In this document: in pieces, positions 59,817-64,000 of the stretch
Numbering within the stretch: the first letter of the stretch is position 1
How the letters are laid out: the number at the start of each line of letters is the position of its first letter
Assembly (NCBI GenBank): GCA_963716145.1
Contig: OY970292.1
Coordinates: 822,528-886,527 of the forward strand
Length of the DNA stretch: 64,000 nucleotides
Origin: Candidatus Levyibacteriota bacterium
Lineage (GTDB): Bacteria; Patescibacteriota; Microgenomatia; Levybacterales; UBA12049
Reading direction: 5' to 3'
The notes under the pieces: generated by a model
Told to the model about the DNA's origin: nothing
Database searches by the model: none
The model's input: the letters and a program-made list of their open reading frames with translations, nothing else
Translations under genes and position numbers: made by a program

Positions 59817-60392
59817 TTACCGGCTTGTCTTTTCAAGAGGAAAGTTTTTTGAGAGCCAATCTCCTGATTTTTCCGTAAAAGTGGGCTTAACATATTCACG
59901 GTAAGGAAGGTACGGTAGAAGAATTGGTTTTATCTCCTCAGCCGTAATATCTCCAAGTGAAATCTTTAATTCTCCGGGAAAATAACTCTTGGTAGTCAAA
60001 TACAATACATCTTTATCATGATGTTTTATAAAGAAAAAATCATACAATTCTTCCCAGATAAAAAAATAATCTTCAACCCGTATGCCCTCCGTCGTAATTT
60101 TGTAGTAAAAATCATGAGGTGGGACAATTGATAAAGCAAACCACAGAAAAACCAATGAGAATATAGCACCCATTAAAAAAAAGTCTTTAGATGCAATATA
60201 AACTATGATTTCAAGTGCTGCCATTATCAGGAATCCGTTGAAAAAATACTCACGTGAGTGTTCTTTGAAAGGCCTACCGGGGGCGTGCCATTCTAAAAAA
60301 GTTCTGACATCATGTGTAAAGGCCGGGTTTTGTTCTCTTTCTTCTGGTTTTGGCTTATGTTTTGGGGTAGTCACACTTTTAATGTAACTCAT
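59817..60392 (-). CDS. membrane protein with two TM helices and a bacterial PH (bPH_2/DUF304)-like C-terminal domain
   Basis: start moved to ATG 60392 (MSYIKSV...) because the track ORF (to 60542) would overlap tRNA-Ser(TGA). Confidence 0.4.
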   Translation of the reverse strand: MSYIKSVTTPKHKPKPEEREQNPAFTHDVRTFLEWHAPGRPFKEHSREYFFNGFLIMAALEIIVYIASKDFFLMGAIFSLVFLWFALSIVPPHDFYYKITTEGIRVEDYFFIWEELYDFFFIKHHDKDVLYLTTKSYFPGELKISLGDITAEEIKPILLPYLPYREYVKPTFTEKSGDWLSKNFPLEKTSR

Positions 60393-60435
60393 TTTCAAGA
60401 CAAAAGTCAAGAAATTTGCTATACTTGAGCCTCCT

Positions 60436-60522
60436 GGAGAGGTCGCATAGTGGTCTAGTGCGGATGTCTTGAAAACATCTGTGGGCGCAAGTCTACCGCG
60501 AGTTCGAATCTCGCCCTCTCCG
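60436..60522 (+). tRNA. tRNA-Ser (anticodon TGA), type II
   Basis: acceptor GGAGAGG/CCTCTCC, anticodon arm GATGT-CTTGAAA-ACATC, long variable arm, T-arm GCGAG-TTCGAAT-CTCGC, discriminator G. Confidence 0.85.
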
Positions 60523-60544
60523 CAACGTAAGAAATCTACCAAAT

Positions 60545-61570
60545 ATGATAATTCGTCCCATAACTTCTTCTGAAAAAAAACAGTTCAATGCTGTGGTAGG
60601 TCATCCGCTTCAATCTTATGAATGGGGGGAGTTCCGGGAGAAAACAGGGGTAAAAGTGATTAGGCAAGGTTTTTTCACTAAGGAAAATATGACTTCAGGT
60701 TTTCAGCTAACTATTCATCCCATTCCGCATTCTCCTTTTACAATCGGATATTTACCCAAAGGTGAGTTGCCGGGCAAAGAGCTATTGAAAGAGTTGAAAA
60801 AAATCGGCAAAGAAGAAAAATGTATTTTTATCCAACTCGAGCCAAATGTTATTGCTTCGCAAATTTCAAATTTCAAATTTCAAATTTCAAATTTAGAGCT
60901 TCGGCAGGCCGCGCATCCGCTTTTTACAAAATATAATTTTGTTTTGGATATTACCAAATCCGAAGACGAGCTCCTCAAAAATATGCATCAAAAAGCCAGG
61001 TACAATATAAAAGTTGCGCAAAAAAACGGAGTCGCGGTAGTTGAAGATAATTCGAAAAAAGCCTTCGAGGCATACTTGAAATTAACCCATGAAACAACAG
61101 AAAGACAGAAATTTTATGCGCACACAGAAGAGTATCACAAGAAAATGTGGGGAGCGCTTCAAGGTCAGAATTTGGACAAAAATAAACTAAGTGCACATTT
61201 ATTAACGGCAAAATATAAAGGAAAGATTTTAACTGCTTGGATTTTGTTTGTCTTTAAAGACACGCTTTACTATCCTTACGGTGCGTCAAGTAGTGAAAAC
61301 CGTGAAGTAATGAGCAGTAATCTGATGATGTGGGAAGCGATACGGTTTGGCAAAAAATTGGGACTTAAAAAATTTGATATGTGGGGAGCGTTGGGTCCAA
61401 ATCCTGATAAAAATGATCCATGGTATGGATTTCACAGTTTTAAGCAAAAATACGGACCTGAACACGTTGAGTACATGGGGAGTTTCGATTTGATAGTAAA
61501 TCCAGTTTCGTATAAGTTCTACAAGATAGCGGACAAACTTCGTTGGCTCATGTTAAGATTAAAGAAGTGA
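60545..61570 (+). CDS. FemAB-family aminoacyltransferase (peptidoglycan interpeptide-bridge formation)
   Basis: 341 aa; N-terminal HPLQSYEWGEFRE (FemABX QSWEW-like) and GNAT-like C-terminal half; (CAAATTT)x5 in frame at 60860-60894. Confidence 0.65.
   Translation: MIIRPITSSEKKQFNAVVGHPLQSYEWGEFREKTGVKVIRQGFFTKENMTSGFQLTIHPIPHSPFTIGYLPKGELPGKELLKELKKIGKEEKCIFIQLEPNVIASQISNFKFQISNLELRQAAHPLFTKYNFVLDITKSEDELLKNMHQKARYNIKVAQKNGVAVVEDNSKKAFEAYLKLTHETTERQKFYAHTEEYHKKMWGALQGQNLDKNKLSAHLLTAKYKGKILTAWILFVFKDTLYYPYGASSSENREVMSSNLMMWEAIRFGKKLGLKKFDMWGALGPNPDKNDPWYGFHSFKQKYGPEHVEYMGSFDLIVNPVSYKFYKIADKLRWLMLRLKK
60860..60894. repeat. (CAAATTT)x5 heptanucleotide tandem repeat inside the FemAB-family CDS
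   Basis: caaatttcaaatttcaaatttcaaatttcaaattt; encodes SQISNFKFQISNL. Confidence 0.85.
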
Positions 61571-62967
61571 AGACGAAGCATTTTGTCCCAATAGCAATTT
61601 TATTACTAATTTTCTTCATTTTTAAATTAACAAATTTTGGCATAAGACTTTCTGACTCAAATATATATTTTTACACCGGATACAAAATTCTTCAAGGGGA
61701 AATTTTGTATAGGGATATCTTTTTTACCAACTTTCCGCTTCTTCCATATATTTCCTCGATTTATTTTTTGCTAACAGCCGGTAATCTGAAATTATTTTTT
61801 TTGACTCCGACAATTGAAGTCTGCACTATCGCATTCTTAATTTACCAAATCACATATAAAAATAATAAAGATATTTTTTTGGCATTAACATCAAGCATTC
61901 TTTATCTTTTTTCATTTATAATTCTCTCAACATCTGATCATCAATCCGGCGTTTTCATCGCCTCACTTTTTGCGTTATTGAGTTATTATTTTTATCTCAA
62001 TAAAAGACATTTATTAACAGGTATTTTTATAGCCCTGGCGCTTTTGACGAAAGTTTATTTTATACCGATACTGCTTACATATCTCGCTATTTTTATCTGG
62101 CCCGCTTCGCCGGAGCTTCAGCGAGGCGAGGAGCAAAAGTTTAAAAATTTACAGCGGTTTTTAATTGGGGGAGTAATTACGAGTTTAATTATATTACTTC
62201 CGACTGTTATTTTTGCATTCCCAGATTTTATAAAAGATGTTTTTGCATACTCACTGACAAGGTCCCAGGGAGTTGAAAAAAGCGCGATTGCTTGGTTTTT
62301 TGTGACTCATGATTTCCCGCTTTTTATTCTTCTTTTATTCAATTTGCTGATGATTATAAAAAATAAGTTTTTTGGTTTACTTTCTTTGTTTGGGATTTTA
62401 TTCCTCTTTCTTTATAAAGATATTTATTTTTTATATCTTAATTTTTTCGTACCATTTCTCGCTCTCTCTTATTCTGAATTTCACAAAACAATACAGAAAA
62501 ATTTTGGAGTCCAAAAATTTATCATTCCTACAATTATATTTTGTTTTTTAATTTTCAGTTTTGTAACTTATGTAACCGGTTTTAAAAATCTGCAAAAAAT
62601 AAATCCGGATCGGGCAGTTGCAATAATTAAAAAGGAGCAGCCGAAATTTTTATACGGGGTGAACGATATAACGCCTGCTTTATCCTATTTAAGCGGCATC
62701 CCGCTTTTGGGAAATGTGATTGATACCAATTCCAATATTTACAGAAAAGGATTTCTCAATAGCAAAAAAATGACAGAAGATGTTGTGGAGCAAAAATCAA
62801 TTATCGTAACGCATGGCTTGTATTATCCTGATGCAGGAGTTAATGAAGAAGTGGTTGATGAAATTTTTGATAAATCCCAAATAAAAAAATCCTGTAGATT
62901 AATTGGAAGTTTTCCGGTGCAGATGGAGGGTCCGGAAAACCGTTTGAATCTTTTGAAATGTTATTAA
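61543..62967 (+). CDS. polytopic membrane protein, GT-C-like glycosyltransferase candidate
   Basis: 474 aa; more than 10 TM helices; C-terminal soluble domain; 28-nt overlap with the FemAB gene. Confidence 0.4.
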   Translation: MAHVKIKEVKTKHFVPIAILLLIFFIFKLTNFGIRLSDSNIYFYTGYKILQGEILYRDIFFTNFPLLPYISSIYFLLTAGNLKLFFLTPTIEVCTIAFLIYQITYKNNKDIFLALTSSILYLFSFIILSTSDHQSGVFIASLFALLSYYFYLNKRHLLTGIFIALALLTKVYFIPILLTYLAIFIWPASPELQRGEEQKFKNLQRFLIGGVITSLIILLPTVIFAFPDFIKDVFAYSLTRSQGVEKSAIAWFFVTHDFPLFILLLFNLLMIIKNKFFGLLSLFGILFLFLYKDIYFLYLNFFVPFLALSYSEFHKTIQKNFGVQKFIIPTIIFCFLIFSFVTYVTGFKNLQKINPDRAVAIIKKEQPKFLYGVNDITPALSYLSGIPLLGNVIDTNSNIYRKGFLNSKKMTEDVVEQKSIIVTHGLYYPDAGVNEEVVDEIFDKSQIKKSCRLIGSFPVQMEGPENRLNLLKCY

Positions 62968-62970
62968 AAT

Positions 62971-63495
62971 TTATTTCTTTTTCGGTATCTCGTAGACGTA
63001 GACTTCGTTTTTTTTGTCACTTGCAATAAGGGGAAGATCAATTCTGTAGACAAAGGTTACAATTCTTGTTCCCGGTTTGAGTTCTTTCAAAAATTTGGGT
63101 TTTAATCTTGCAAGGGTCTTTGGTACCAGATAGGCAAAGACTACTGTCGCGCCAGTTAGATCTACATCAAAAAAGTTTTTTCTCCGGATTTCTATTTTAT
63201 CCGAGACGCCATTTAGTCTAAAAAGAATTTTGGAAATTAACACACGGGAAATATCAATTTCAACTCCAACTCCTTTTGCGCCCAATTTTGCAGCAGTGAT
63301 GAGGGCCTGTCCGTCACCTGATCCCAAGTCATAGATAAAATCCTTTTTTGTTATTTTCGCGAGCTTACACATGATCACTGAGATTCTTTTGGAAGTTCTC
63401 CACCATGGAGACCAAGGAGAATCAGGTGGCCAAATCATGGAGAGAAGAAATAAAAGCAGAGCTATTGTTATGGCGAAAATTAAAAAAATAAACAT
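62971..63495 (-). CDS. class I SAM-dependent methyltransferase with N-terminal TM
   Basis: 174 aa; motif I FIYDLGSGDGQALITAA. Confidence 0.65.
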   Translation of the reverse strand: MFIFLIFAITIALLLFLLSMIWPPDSPWSPWWRTSKRISVIMCKLAKITKKDFIYDLGSGDGQALITAAKLGAKGVGVEIDISRVLISKILFRLNGVSDKIEIRRKNFFDVDLTGATVVFAYLVPKTLARLKPKFLKELKPGTRIVTFVYRIDLPLIASDKKNEVYVYEIPKKK

Positions 63496-63500
63496 GCGTT

Positions 63501-63827
63501 TTAAATTTTGGGAAATATTACTTTTCCAATGATATCATTTTTGCTGACCCAGCCAAAGCTTCGACTATCAGTACTTTGTTTTTGGTTATCTCCCAAAACA
63601 AAATATTTACCATCTTCAATTTTATTAATCCTCTTAATTAAGACTTTTTTATCACGAGGATCTTTTACTGCAACAACGTCTTTATTTTTTGGTTTTGAAA
63701 CAAAGTACGATAGGCGGTTTACCAAAACATTCTGGCCCGATTCTAAAGTAGGAGACATACTGCTTCCTGCAATTGTGTATTTATAAATAGGCGATATCAC
63801 TTCTCTCAAGTATAACAAAAAGCCCAC
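63501..63827 (-). CDS. minimal S26-family signal peptidase I-like protein (no N-terminal TM)
   Basis: 108 aa; catalytic Ser box TIAGSSMSPTL and box E FVLGDNQKQSTDSRSFGWV. Confidence 0.5.
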   Translation of the reverse strand: MGFLLYLREVISPIYKYTIAGSSMSPTLESGQNVLVNRLSYFVSKPKNKDVVAVKDPRDKKVLIKRINKIEDGKYFVLGDNQKQSTDSRSFGWVSKNDIIGKVIFPKI

Positions 63828-63879
63828 TTTGCCAACCTAAATTGCTTTGCTATAATGCTTATGCACACAGCACCATTAA

Positions 63880-64000
63880 ATGACAGCAGTAGAAACAAGG
63901 CCCAGGCCTGATGCCGGTATTCCAACACCAGAAAAGAAGGCAATTAAAAAAAGACATAGAGTTAGACGTACTCTTACCGGTGCTTTATTGGTAGCTATGC
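63880..64000 (+). CDS. partial CDS (5' end only), hypothetical
   Basis: ATG 63880 preceded by tataat at 63851-63856; open to the window end; MTAVETRPRPDAGIPTPEKKAIKKRHRVRR... Confidence 0.25.
   Translation, partial: MTAVETRPRPDAGIPTPEKKAIKKRHRVRRTLTGALLVAM

Noticed and set aside
59817-60542. Track ORF start at 60542 for the bPH-like membrane protein
   Set aside because: It would overlap tRNA-Ser(TGA) on the opposite strand. The internal ATG at 60392 gives a non-overlapping gene

Overview
The window is AT-rich and encodes Lys/Ile/Phe-rich proteins. Its layout is dominated by a long plus-strand translation block: fusA, then three inserted genes, tuf, rpsJ, and the S10/spc/alpha ribosomal-protein operons through secY-adk-cmk-map-infA-rpmJ-rpsM-rpsK-rpsD-rpoA-rplQ-rplM-rpsI. 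There is no rpmD (L30) between rpsE and rplO. Together with the VirB4/VirB6-like genes and the many GT-C membrane glycosyltransferases, this suggests a Candidate Phyla Radiation / Patescibacteria-type genome (inference). Upstream on the minus strand (1-20.2 kb) lie: (i) a T4SS-like module (VirB4 ATPase, two partner proteins, a two-TM pilin-like protein); (ii) a surface-glycosylation island (DUF2298-like and ArnT/PMT-like GT-C proteins, an epimerase, a FAD oxidoreductase) whose genes carry perfect heptanucleotide tandem repeats; (iii) pilN/pilO-like genes plus a surface protein. Downstream of rpsI (43.8-58.1 kb) is an accessory segment, partly of clearly higher G+C with Ala/Arg/Gly-rich proteins. 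It encodes two giant proteins (1051 and 1071 aa), tail-anchored proteins, a Cas4-like Fe-S PD-(D/E)xK nuclease, two more pilin-like paralogs, an ATPase plus OmpR-type winged-helix regulator and a VirB6/TrbL-like polytopic membrane protein. It ends at a cluster of five tRNAs (Ser x3, Arg x2). The window finishes with a FemAB-family gene, another GT-C-like protein, a methyltransferase and a minimal S26 peptidase. Important caveat: many essential genes (tuf, rpsJ, rplB, rpsS, rplV, rpsC, rpmC) are broken by single-nucleotide indels, mostly in homopolymer runs. I read this as a sequencing/assembly error signature, so no frameshift here should be taken as biological without re-sequencing. No integrase, transposase or CRISPR array was seen.
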